From contig CAYYIC010000001.1 of NCBI GenBank assembly GCA_964471005.1, positions 1-44,125 on the forward strand: a DNA stretch of 44,125 bases, in the 5' to 3' direction. The DNA is from an uncultured Staphylococcaceae bacterium. Its GTDB lineage: Bacteria; Bacillota_I; Bacilli_A; RFN20; CAG-826. Below the pieces are notes generated by a model. That model searched no databases. It was not told the DNA's origin and worked only from the letters and a program-made list of their open reading frames with translations. Positions 28,687 to 36,750 of the stretch are shown here, piece by piece; position 1 is the stretch's first letter; each line of letters begins with the position of its first letter. The translations under genes and the position numbers were made by a program.

Positions 28687-29867
28687 TTTACGATCGCATC
28701 ATGATTCGCTATGGCGAACTTTCGACAAAAGGTCGCAATAAGATGGATTTTGTCAAATTACTCGCCAATAATATCCGCATTAAATTAGCCGATCGTTTCT
28801 TCGATGTTAAACTCGAAACACGTTTTGATCACATTTATGTGATTATCGGCGGAAACGACCCTTACATGATGGTCAAAGAACTTCAAGAAGTGAGTGGTAT
28901 CAACTCTTTATCGCTTGTGTGCAAAATTGAAAAAGATATTGAGTCGATCAAAAAAAGAGCATTGGAAATGGTCATCGATAAAGAGGCCAAAACCTTTAAA
29001 ATCCGCGCTAAAAGAAGCGACAAAACCTTTCCCATTATCAGCGATGATATCAACCGCATCGTCGCCAAGAAAATCCTTATTAACACCGCGTTAAAAGTCG
29101 ATGTCATCAATCCCGACTTAACTCTCGTCATCGAAGTTCGCCAAGAAGGAACTTATCTATCGTTAGAAACTTTTAAAGGCGCAGGCGGCTATCCATTGGG
29201 CATTGCCGGTAAAGTCATGATGATGGTTTCGGGCGGAATTGATTCTCCGGTGGCCGCATATCTTTTGATGAAACGCGGCGTATCACTTGAATGTATTCAC
29301 TTTGCTTCCCCGCCTTATACGAGCAGCGGCGTCATCGATAAGATTTATGATCTTTTGAAGGTTCTGGCGCGCTATCAGGAAAACATCCGCCTCCACATTG
29401 TGCCTTTTACGAAGCTGCAAGAAGCGATTTATGATCACGTCGACGAAAGTTATGCGATTACGGTGATGAGGCGGATGATGTATCGCCTCAGCAGCAAACT
29501 CGCCAACATGCGCAAATGCCAAGCCATTGCTAACGGCGAATCAATCGGACAAGTAGCGAGCCAAACTCTCAAGTCGATGCGCGTCATCAACGAAGTGACG
29601 GATATGCCGGTCATCCGCCCGCTTGCTACATATGACAAAAACGATATTATTAAGATTGCCAAGCAAATTAAAACATATGATATTTCGATTCGCCCCTATG
29701 AAGATTGCTGCACGATTTTTCACCCGCATAATCCGCGGACCAAACCGAATTACAAATCGACCATCTGGAGCGAGCAACAGTTTGATTTTGAAACCCTTAT
29801 CGTCGAGGCTATAAATTCCACTCAAACGGTAATAATATCGCTAGATTGCCAAGATATTTTGCAATAA
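28683..29867 (+). CDS. thiI: tRNA 4-thiouridine(8) synthase ThiI (no rhodanese domain)
   Basis: 394 aa with a THUMP region, the PP-loop SGGIDSPVAAYL and the conserved Cys in YEDCCTIF. ATGA overlap with the desulfurase gene. Confidence 0.95.
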   Translation: MIYDRIMIRYGELSTKGRNKMDFVKLLANNIRIKLADRFFDVKLETRFDHIYVIIGGNDPYMMVKELQEVSGINSLSLVCKIEKDIESIKKRALEMVIDKEAKTFKIRAKRSDKTFPIISDDINRIVAKKILINTALKVDVINPDLTLVIEVRQEGTYLSLETFKGAGGYPLGIAGKVMMMVSGGIDSPVAAYLLMKRGVSLECIHFASPPYTSSGVIDKIYDLLKVLARYQENIRLHIVPFTKLQEAIYDHVDESYAITVMRRMMYRLSSKLANMRKCQAIANGESIGQVASQTLKSMRVINEVTDMPVIRPLATYDKNDIIKIAKQIKTYDISIRPYEDCCTIFHPHNPRTKPNYKSTIWSEQQFDFETLIVEAINSTQTVIISLDCQDILQ

Positions 29868-29884
29868 ATACGGATTAATCAATA

Positions 29885-29914
29885 TAAAAAGGCCGCAATT
29901 AGCGACCTTTTTTG
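29885..29914. terminator. bidirectional Rho-independent terminator (thiI / rplT)
   Basis: AAGGCCGC (29889-29896) pairs with GCGACCTT (29902-29909), giving 8 bp with one C-A mismatch. An A-run and a T-run flank the stem. Confidence 0.65.
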
Positions 29915-29927
29915 TAGTGATAAGCGC

Positions 29928-30287
29928 TTATTTGGCGCTGGCTTTTTTGCTTAGTTCAACGAGCTGTTTGAAGGCTTCGAAATCATTGATTGCGAGCTCG
30001 GAAAGCATCTTGCGGTTAACCTCGACTTTGGCGAGTGACAAGCCGTTGATGAAACGCGAATATGAAATGTCGCACATTCTGCAAGCGGCATTGATGCGTT
30101 TGATCCACAATTTGCGGTAGTCTCTTTTGATCTTACGGCGGTCGATGTAGGCATACATCAAAGAATGCATGACTTGCTCTTTAGCGGTCTTGAACAACAG
30201 ATGTTTACTGCCGAAATAACCTTTTGCTCTCTTTAATACTTTTTTACGTCGGGCACGTGTGACGGTGCCACCTTTTACTCTTGCCAT
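29928..30287 (-). CDS. rplT: 50S ribosomal protein L20
   Basis: 119 aa: [26 protein letters not shown]... is the canonical L20 sequence. Confidence 0.97.
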   Translation of the reverse strand: MARVKGGTVTRARRKKVLKRAKGYFGSKHLLFKTAKEQVMHSLMYAYIDRRKIKRDYRKLWIKRINAACRMCDISYSRFINGLSLAKVEVNRKMLSELAINDFEAFKQLVELSKKASAK

Positions 30288-30299
30288 TCAGGGCACCTC

Positions 30300-30494
30300 C
30301 TATTTGATGATGAGAAATTTAATTCGTTTGTAGTCGCTGTGCGAGACGAGACGCGCCTTTCTCAAGTGGCGTTTTTGTTTGGTTGTTTTACGCGGGGCTA
30401 AGTGTGAAGTGTAGGCTGCGTGGCGCTTCACTTTGCCGCTGCCAGTAACTTTGATGCGTTTCATCAAAGCTCTTTTGCTCTTCATTTTTGGCAT
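30300..30494 (-). CDS. rpmI: 50S ribosomal protein L35
   Basis: 64 aa: [24 protein letters not shown]... is the canonical L35 sequence. Confidence 0.97.
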   Translation of the reverse strand: MPKMKSKRALMKRIKVTGSGKVKRHAAYTSHLAPRKTTKQKRHLRKARLVSHSDYKRIKFLIIK

Positions 30495-30505
30495 GTTGTT
30501 TTCTC

Positions 30506-31060
30506 CTATTTTTTGATTTTAGAAGCGAGAATCGCGGTCATCCATTTACCTTCGAGTTCGCCTTCTTTTTCGACGCTAGCATATTCTTGAACGAGTTCGA
30601 TGAACTTGTCGAGAACTTCTTTTCCGACTTCCGGATGGGCTAATTGGCGCCCGCGAAAGCGAACACCGACTTTTACTTTATTGCCATCTTGGAAAAAGCC
30701 GATAGCACCTTTAACTTTGACCATCAAATCGTGAATGCCAATTTGGGGTGTAAGTTGGACTTCCTTAATTTCAATAATTTTTTGATTCTTGCGACTTTCT
30801 TTGGCGCGTTTTTGCGTTTCAAAACGGTATTTTCCATAATTCAGTATTTTGCATACTGGAGGATTGGCGTTTGGCGCGACACAAAGTAAGTCTAATTCTT
30901 GGCGACTCGCCAAATCGTTGGCGGCGCGGGAACTCATTTTGCCAAGTGAACCGCCATCGGGACCGATGACGAGCACTTCGGGAAAGCGAATCCGTTCATT
31001 GACGAGGTCGTTGTTTGCCTCCGGACGTTTTTGTCCAGGGTTCATGGGTAAGTTAGCTAT
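30506..31060 (-). CDS. infC: translation initiation factor IF-3 (probable AUA start at 31058-31060; first AUG at 31045)
   Basis: The IF-3 core is [18 protein letters not shown]... AAGGAG (31071-31076) lies 10 nt from an in-frame ATA but 25 nt from the first ATG. An in-frame TGA lies 3 codons upstream of the ATA. Confidence 0.93.
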   Translation of the reverse strand: MANLPMNPGQKRPEANNDLVNERIRFPEVLVIGPDGGSLGKMSSRAANDLASRQELDLLCVAPNANPPVCKILNYGKYRFETQKRAKESRKNQKIIEIKEVQLTPQIGIHDLMVKVKGAIGFFQDGNKVKVGVRFRGRQLAHPEVGKEVLDKFIELVQEYASVEKEGELEGKWMTAILASKIKK

Positions 31061-31205
31061 GGTCGATCAACTCCTTTTCATGTAAATAAAACGGACGCTT
31101 TTAGCGCCCGTTATTTAAAAACTTTCGTTTTTGTAGCATTGACCAATTAACATTGTTAATCTGGTGAGAAGCAGGCGCATCTTCTTTCTACGTTTTAATC
31201 TACGT
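31061..31205 (-). promoter_or_regulatory. infC-rpmI-rplT leader with intrinsic attenuator (L20-leader type)
   Basis: The leader is about 145 nt. It ends in AACGGGCGCT-AAA-AGCGTCCGTT plus a U-run (plus-strand 31084-31112), only about 8 nt before the infC Shine-Dalgarno. Regulation by L20-dependent attenuation is established for B. subtilis. Confidence 0.55.
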
Positions 31206-31210
31206 CGGTA

Positions 31211-31239
31211 ATTTTAACATTGCTACGCAAGCGCGTCAA
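31211..31239 (-). promoter_or_regulatory. sigma-A-type promoter for the infC operon
   Basis: On the minus strand: TTGACG (31234-31239), a 17-nt spacer, then TAAAAT (31211-31216). It begins 7 nt after the thrS stop. Confidence 0.5.
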
Positions 31240-31245
31240 GCATTA

Positions 31246-33147
31246 TTAGTAATGCCGTTTGGACTGAATTTCATCGGTGATTAATTTGGCAAAATCAGCC
31301 TGCGGTATCGCGATTTGCTTCTCTTGCCCATATAGGCGATAAGTGAGCGTCTGATCGCGCATTTCATTATCTCCGATGACGACGGTATAGGGAACCTTCT
31401 TGACTTGTGAATTGCGCAGTCTAAATCCGACTTTTTCTTCGGAATCATCGACGTTGACGCGGATTCCGAGTTCACGCAAATAAATAGCGACTTGATGGGC
31501 GTATTCGCCATGGACGCTATTGTTGACGGGAATGAGGTTGACCTGAATAGGGGCGAGCCAAGTCGGAAAGGCGCCACCGTAGTGTTCGATGAGAATGCCG
31601 ATGAAGCGTTCGAGGCTTCCAAACAAGGCCCGGTGGAGCATGATCGGCCGCACTTTTTCGCCACGAGAATCGATATACGTAATGTCAAAGCGCTCAGGCA
31701 GATTCATGTCGAACTGAATCGTTCCGCACTGCCAAATCCGCCCCATCGAATCGCGGAGCTTGAAATCGAGTTTCGGACCGTAGAAAGCACCATCGCCTTC
31801 GTTGATGATATATTCGCGACCGATGGCTTTGCAGGCCTCGGCCAAGGCTTTTTCCGAGCGGTCCCAATTTTCGATCGTACCGATATATTTTTTCTCGGGA
31901 CGCGTACTTAATACGATGTGATAATCAAGACCAAAAATCGAATAGACTTCATCATATAATTTCAACATTCTGACGACTTCGGCGACCGATTGATCTTCGC
32001 GGCAATAAATATGGGCGTCATCTTGTGTAAAAGCCCGCACTCGAAAAAGACCCGAGAGGGCGCCGCTTGCTTCGTGGCGGTGAACTAAGCCGAGCTCTCC
32101 GACGCGAATAGGAAAATCCTTATAGGAATGGAGTTCGTTTTTGTAGACGAGCAAACTGCCAGGGCAGTTCATTGGTTTGATGGCAAACTCGCGATTGTCG
32201 ATCTGGCTGAAGTACATGTTTTCGCGATAGTTTTCATAGTGGCCGCTCGTAATCCACAATTCTTTGGATAACATGATGGGCGTGTTGATGAAAACGTAGC
32301 CCTCTTTCTCGTGTTTTTTGTACCAAAAGTTTTGCAATTCATTGCGAAGAATCATACCGTTGGGGAGCCAGAAAGGAAAACCCGGTCCGAATTCGGAAAT
32401 CATGAATAAACCCAATTCTTTGCCTAAGCGACGGTGGTCGCGCTTTTTGCGCTCTTCAAGAATCGCTAAATGCTTATCCAAATCTTCTTTCGAAAAGAAT
32501 GAAGTTCCATAAATTCTCGTCAATTGCTTATTATCGGAGTTGCCGCGCCAGTAGGCTCCGGCGAGACTAGTGAGCTTGAAGTGACGAATCAAACTCGTAT
32601 TGGGAAGATGCGGTCCGGTGCACAAATCAAAGAAATCGCCTTGGGTATAGATGGAAATGTTTGTTCCGATCGCTTTGATCAGTTCGACTTTATAGGGATT
32701 TTTTTCAAACAGTTTAAGCGCTTCTTCAAGGGAGACTTCGCGCCGCATGATGCGATGATTTTCCTTTCCGATTTTCCGCATCTCGTTTTCGATGGTTGTT
32801 AAATCGGCATCAGAGATAGCGCTTGGAAAATCGATATCGTAGTAGAAGCCTTCCTCGATGCTCGGCCCAAAGCCGATATGAGCATCGGGATAAAGGCGCA
32901 TGATGGCATGAGCTAAAAGGTGCGAAGTCGAGTGATTTAAGAGTTCGAAAGCATCTTTGTCGCTTTCGGTGACGACTTCAAAATGTCCATCGCTAGCGAT
33001 GGTGGAATAGAGGTCATATAGTTTGCCATCAAGGCGATAAGCCAAAGCTTTTTTGGCGAGGCTCACACTGATTTTGCCGGCGGCGTCATAACCGCTTAGC
33101 CCGGCTTCGCAGACGAGTTCGTCGCCGCTTGGAAGAATTAATTTCAT
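31246..33147 (-). CDS. thrS: threonine--tRNA ligase
   Basis: 633 aa with a TGS N-domain, the editing-domain HSTSHLLAHA motif, the class II core (FRVRAFTQDDAHIYC, zinc ligands) and a C-terminal anticodon-binding domain. AAGGAG Shine-Dalgarno. Confidence 0.97.
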   Translation of the reverse strand: MKLILPSGDELVCEAGLSGYDAAGKISVSLAKKALAYRLDGKLYDLYSTIASDGHFEVVTESDKDAFELLNHSTSHLLAHAIMRLYPDAHIGFGPSIEEGFYYDIDFPSAISDADLTTIENEMRKIGKENHRIMRREVSLEEALKLFEKNPYKVELIKAIGTNISIYTQGDFFDLCTGPHLPNTSLIRHFKLTSLAGAYWRGNSDNKQLTRIYGTSFFSKEDLDKHLAILEERKKRDHRRLGKELGLFMISEFGPGFPFWLPNGMILRNELQNFWYKKHEKEGYVFINTPIMLSKELWITSGHYENYRENMYFSQIDNREFAIKPMNCPGSLLVYKNELHSYKDFPIRVGELGLVHRHEASGALSGLFRVRAFTQDDAHIYCREDQSVAEVVRMLKLYDEVYSIFGLDYHIVLSTRPEKKYIGTIENWDRSEKALAEACKAIGREYIINEGDGAFYGPKLDFKLRDSMGRIWQCGTIQFDMNLPERFDITYIDSRGEKVRPIMLHRALFGSLERFIGILIEHYGGAFPTWLAPIQVNLIPVNNSVHGEYAHQVAIYLRELGIRVNVDDSEEKVGFRLRNSQVKKVPYTVVIGDNEMRDQTLTYRLYGQEKQIAIPQADFAKLITDEIQSKRHY

Positions 33148-33159
33148 AAGTTGCTCCTT

Positions 33160-33370
33160 TTAAATAAAAAACGCCCATCATAAGGACGCTTTCACGTGGT
33201 ACCACCCTAATTCATATCTTTGATATGCACTCGAATCTCTTAACGCGAGGAACGTCCAATTTTCATCGGAGGCTCAGAAGTGGTTTCGCTTTTTTATCCA
33301 GAAACCTTTCACCAAATGGTCTCTTCTCTACTCGGATAGAAACAAGCGACATGTCTTCATCGTAGCGCCT
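33160..33370 (-). promoter_or_regulatory. T-box riboswitch leader, Thr (ACC) specifier
   Basis: All elements read on the minus strand. Stem I carries AGTAGAGAAGAGA (AG bulge) and the distal loop TTGGTGAAAGG. The specifier context is GAA-ACC-A (ACC = plus-strand 33282-33284). The T-box sequence is AATTAGGGTGGTACCACGTG (33193-33212). It overlaps the terminator AGCGTCC-n7-GGGCGTT plus a U-run (33162-33191). Confidence 0.9.
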
Positions 33371-33373
33371 TTT

Positions 33374-33402
33374 AGTATATTGACTAATTATCCTTTAGTC
33401 AA
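33374..33402 (-). promoter_or_regulatory. sigma-A-type promoter for the thrS T-box leader
   Basis: On the minus strand: TTGACT (33397-33402, overlapping the ROK kinase stop codon), a 17-nt spacer, then TATACT (33374-33379). Confidence 0.6.
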
Positions 33403-34250
33403 TTATTTAACATGGTAAAACCGTAGCTTGCCGAACCGATGATGCCGGCATTTTGAAAGAAATAGCACTCTTGGAGATTGAGGTTGGGATGGTGTTTGGT
33501 TAAATCATTCCAAAAGACATCTTTGGAGTTAAAGACGCCACCGGTGATAGCGATGATATCGGGGTGATAATTAGTTTTGATGTAGCTCAAGAAATCGCCG
33601 AGTATCGCGAGCCACTCCTGATAGACGACGAGAGCTTTTTTATCTTTGGCGACGACTAGTTCAAAAAAGTGCGAGGTGCTATTGATATTTAAATCGTTCA
33701 TTTTAGCGAGATTCGTCAAACCGGTACCGCTGGCGAAATACTCATAATATTTCTTTTCGCCGCGATAAACGTATGGAGTATGTCCGATTTCAAACGGCGT
33801 TTCCTTGAAACTTTTATCGACGACTAAAGCCCCCCCTAACCCGGTGGAAATCGTGATGAAAAAAACCCGTTTGTAATCTTTACCGCTACCCAAGGCCGCT
33901 TCGGCAAAACAAGCCATCTCGGCATCGTTACGAATATAGACGGGCAACCCAAATTCTTTGCGCAAAACATTGCCAAGAGGGATATCTTTGATATGGATGT
34001 TGGGCAGATCGATGACATATCCTCCTTCACCAATCGGACCAGGAATTCCCAGCGAAAGACCGACGATATTGTCGAAATTGCCGCCCAAATCTTTGATAGC
34101 GGCGATAATTGAAGCGACAAATTCATCTTTTTTATAAAGGATGGTGCGCCGCGAGACACTTCTGACGACTTCGTAATCTTCATTGACGAGAGCAAAACGT
34201 GAATTGGTGCCGCCGATATCGGCGCTGATAATCATTCTTTGTTTGCTCAT
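33399..34250 (-). CDS. ROK-family sugar kinase (glucokinase-like) lacking the CxCGxxGC zinc motif
   Basis: 283 aa with the ASKHA phosphate-1 motif ADIGGTNSRFAL, the ROK signature ITISTGLGGALV and FEIGH. The zinc-cysteine segment is replaced by TPYVYRGEKKYYEYFASG. It starts 2 nt after the pfkA stop. Confidence 0.85.
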   Translation of the reverse strand: MSKQRMIISADIGGTNSRFALVNEDYEVVRSVSRRTILYKKDEFVASIIAAIKDLGGNFDNIVGLSLGIPGPIGEGGYVIDLPNIHIKDIPLGNVLRKEFGLPVYIRNDAEMACFAEAALGSGKDYKRVFFITISTGLGGALVVDKSFKETPFEIGHTPYVYRGEKKYYEYFASGTGLTNLAKMNDLNINSTSHFFELVVAKDKKALVVYQEWLAILGDFLSYIKTNYHPDIIAITGGVFNSKDVFWNDLTKHHPNLNLQECYFFQNAGIIGSASYGFTMLNN

Positions 34251-34252
34251 GG

Positions 34253-35218
34253 CTATCTGTTCACCATGCTGATAAGGCGATAGATGTCGTCTTGGTTTTT
34301 GCGTGGTAGAGCAAAGGCTTCATCAAATGTATAGTGAACGATTTTTCCATTGACGATACCGACGACGACATCGCGGATACCTTTAACGATAATTTCGATG
34401 GCATAGACGCCCATCCTCGTCGCCAATACGCGATCATAAGCGGATGGAGAACCGCCTCTTTGCAAGCGACCTAAAACTTCAGCTCGCGTTTCAAAACCCG
34501 TCTCTTGAGTGACTTTTTCTGCAAAGGAAATGACGTTGGGAAAGACTTTTTCGCTGACGATGATGAGAGAATGTTTTTTCTTGCCGGTTCCAAGCGACTT
34601 AATCCGCTCCATAATTTCGCTTTCGCTATATGGACGCTCGGGGGTGATGATCATCTCCACGCCTTCGGCGACGCCCGAATACAAAGCGAGATCTCCGCAC
34701 TTGTTGCCCATCACCTCGATGATTGTGCAACGCTGGTGAGAGGCGGTTGTGTCGCGCAGTTTGTCGACGCATTCGCAAATCGTATTTAATGCCGTATCAA
34801 AGCCGATTGTATAATCGCTCGATGACAAGTCGTTATCAATTGTCCCGGGTAAGCCGATGCAATTAATTCCTAGCTCAGAAAGCTTTTTAGCTCCCATGTA
34901 AGTGCCGTCGCCACCGATGACGATCAAGGTGTCGATGCCGAAATTTTTTAATTGCTCGACACCGACTAAACGAGCGGCTTCCTCTTTAAATTCCCGGGAG
35001 CGGGCACTTTTTAAAATCGTCCCGCCGCGATTGATGATATCGCTGACAAAGTTGCGATCGACTTTTTCGATGTTTCCTTCGATGAGACCTTTATAACCTT
35101 CGTAGATTACAAACATCTCTAGGCCATTTTTTAATCCCGAGCGAACGATGGCACGAACCGCGGCATTCATGCCCGGTGCATCGCCGCCAGATGTTAAGAC
35201 ACCAACGCGTTTAACCAT
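34253..35218 (-). CDS. pfkA: ATP-dependent 6-phosphofructokinase
   Basis: 321 aa with GVLTSGGDAPGMNAA, IGGDGTY, GLPGTIDND and MGNKCGDLAL. AGAGGTGA Shine-Dalgarno. Confidence 0.96.
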   Translation of the reverse strand: MVKRVGVLTSGGDAPGMNAAVRAIVRSGLKNGLEMFVIYEGYKGLIEGNIEKVDRNFVSDIINRGGTILKSARSREFKEEAARLVGVEQLKNFGIDTLIVIGGDGTYMGAKKLSELGINCIGLPGTIDNDLSSSDYTIGFDTALNTICECVDKLRDTTASHQRCTIIEVMGNKCGDLALYSGVAEGVEMIITPERPYSESEIMERIKSLGTGKKKHSLIIVSEKVFPNVISFAEKVTQETGFETRAEVLGRLQRGGSPSAYDRVLATRMGVYAIEIIVKGIRDVVVGIVNGKIVHYTFDEAFALPRKNQDDIYRLISMVNR

Positions 35219-35289
35219 ATTAAAATCACCTCTGTTGCTTTACATTCATTATATATGAAAAAAGAGTAAATGTATGGAATTTGTGGAGT

Positions 35290-35303
35290 TGAAAACGATT
35301 ACA
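35290..35303. promoter_or_regulatory. catabolite-responsive element (cre) upstream of pfkA
   Basis: TGAAAACGATTACA matches TGWNANCGNTNWCA at every defined position. It lies 72-85 nt upstream of the pfkA ATG and upstream of the candidate -10 (TATAAT, plus-strand 35248-35253). Confidence 0.6.
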
Positions 35304-35491
35304 TAAAATTGTGGAAAACTTGCAAGATCTTCTCTTGAATGGCGCTAAACGCCGATTGTATCGCAATAGTTTTATCTCTTCGCTGGTGGAAAACTATTCA
35401 CAATACAAGAAAAAGTAGCGATGCCGTCGGCATTTTTGATTCAACATCTCGTTTTTCTATGCTATAATTTGTGACGTGTCGGGCACAGAAG

Positions 35492-36745
35492 ATGGAATAT
35501 ATTAGCGAAAAAGATTATTACGAGACGAGGTTTGCTTCTTTGATAAGCGACATCGACCGCGAAGTTTTAAGCGAACTCTATCAACCCTTGATTGGCCATC
35601 GGAGCATCGCCATCTTTCTCGCGCTTTTTTACGAGAAGACCAAAGCTTTCGAAATCGACACCTTCGATCATGCCCATCTCTTTGATAAGATGCAGATTTC
35701 AGCGGGCGAATTTTTTACCGCGCGTAGAGCCTTAGAAGCCGTGGGACTAATTCGTACGTTCTTTAAAGAAGAAGGGGGTCTTCGCTATTACATCTATGTT
35801 CTCTACGCCCCAAAATCACCACGCGAGTTTTTTGATGATGTTCTCTTTAAAGGCTTGCTGATCAAGTATGTCGGAGAAAAAGAGGCGAAGCGGCTGGCCC
35901 TAACATATAAAGTTGATTTTCAGACAAAGGGATTTGATGATATAACTTCCTCGTTTGTCGATACCTTTAGCCCCGATTTCGATAATCCGGCTTTTCGCAA
36001 AGATTTGAAAGTCGATGTCAAAGGACGAAAATCCGGTCGCGTCGAAACCTCCTTTGATTTTGACGCTTTCTTTCTCGCGCTTGAAAAGCAAGGGCAAATT
36101 AAACGCGAAGTATTGCTAAAAAAGGATTTAAAGGAAGTGGAGAGATTAGCAGCTCTCTTCTCGCTTGATGAAGCGACGATGGCCGAGATTGTCATCGACG
36201 CCTACGAACCTGACAATAAGGCGCAACGAATCAATTTCCAGCGCGTTTCCGATCGGGCCAAGGAAGAAGTAAAATTTCCTTTCTTTCATCGAAAGAGTAA
36301 GGGCGAAAAGAGCCGCGTCACTAGTAATAGTGAACTCGCCAGCAAGATTAAACTCATGGATTCGATGGCTCCTGGAGATTACCTTCGCATCAAACAGAAC
36401 AATACGGTTCCGAGCCGGGCCGATTTAGACATCATCGATGACCTATCAAAAAACTTTGGCTTCTCGAATGGTGTGATTAACGCTCTTGTCGATTATGTCC
36501 TATTTAAAGCCGATAACGTCTTATCGCGCAAATACATCGAAAAGATCGCCTCATCACTCGCCCGCGAAAATGTTACGACGGTCATCGATACGATGAATTA
36601 TCTTAATAAGATAAATACCGGATGGAAAACGAGCAAATCACCCCTAGTCAAAACCACAGGCGGCGATAATAAGATACAAGCAGAGGAAATTAGCGACGAC
36701 GAACTCGAAAAAATCTTGGCTTCGATCGAAGCGAAAAAGGATTAG
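35492..36745 (+). CDS. dnaB: replication initiation/membrane attachment protein DnaB (Firmicute helicase co-loader, DnaB/DnaD-like domains)
   Basis: The N-terminus FASLISDIDREVLSELYQPLIGHRSIAIFL parallels B. subtilis DnaB (MLQDIDRQIITQLYQPLIG). A C-terminal DDBH2-like region follows. I chose the ATG at 35492; the ORF-track GTG at 35471 would sit within the predicted promoter region. A TGcTATAAT extended -10 lies at 35460-35468. Confidence 0.82.
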   Translation: MEYISEKDYYETRFASLISDIDREVLSELYQPLIGHRSIAIFLALFYEKTKAFEIDTFDHAHLFDKMQISAGEFFTARRALEAVGLIRTFFKEEGGLRYYIYVLYAPKSPREFFDDVLFKGLLIKYVGEKEAKRLALTYKVDFQTKGFDDITSSFVDTFSPDFDNPAFRKDLKVDVKGRKSGRVETSFDFDAFFLALEKQGQIKREVLLKKDLKEVERLAALFSLDEATMAEIVIDAYEPDNKAQRINFQRVSDRAKEEVKFPFFHRKSKGEKSRVTSNSELASKIKLMDSMAPGDYLRIKQNNTVPSRADLDIIDDLSKNFGFSNGVINALVDYVLFKADNVLSRKYIEKIASSLARENVTTVIDTMNYLNKINTGWKTSKSPLVKTTGGDNKIQAEEISDDELEKILASIEAKKD

Positions 36746-36750
36746 CAAAA

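Noticed and set aside
33379-33402. The inverted repeat TTGACTAA-n7-TTAGTCAA could be a terminator for the pfkA-ROK kinase operon.
   Set aside because: The stem is AT-rich and 8 bp with no following U-run on the minus strand. The sequence is better explained as the thrS -35 element. It is recorded in the T-box finding instead.
35420-35437. A terminator-like hairpin ATGCC-GTC-GGCAT followed by TTTTTG sits on the plus strand upstream of dnaB.
   Set aside because: The stem is only 5 bp and the loop 3 nt. I found no convincing plus-strand promoter or gene upstream for it to terminate. It may be incidental or part of the dnaB promoter UP region.
35339-35470. A 43-codon plus-strand ORF (MALNADCIAIVLSLRWWKTIHN...) and a 10-codon ORF (35274-35306) lie in the pfkA-dnaB spacer.
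   Set aside because: They have no Shine-Dalgarno, overlap the promoter elements of dnaB and the cre site, and show no protein-like features.
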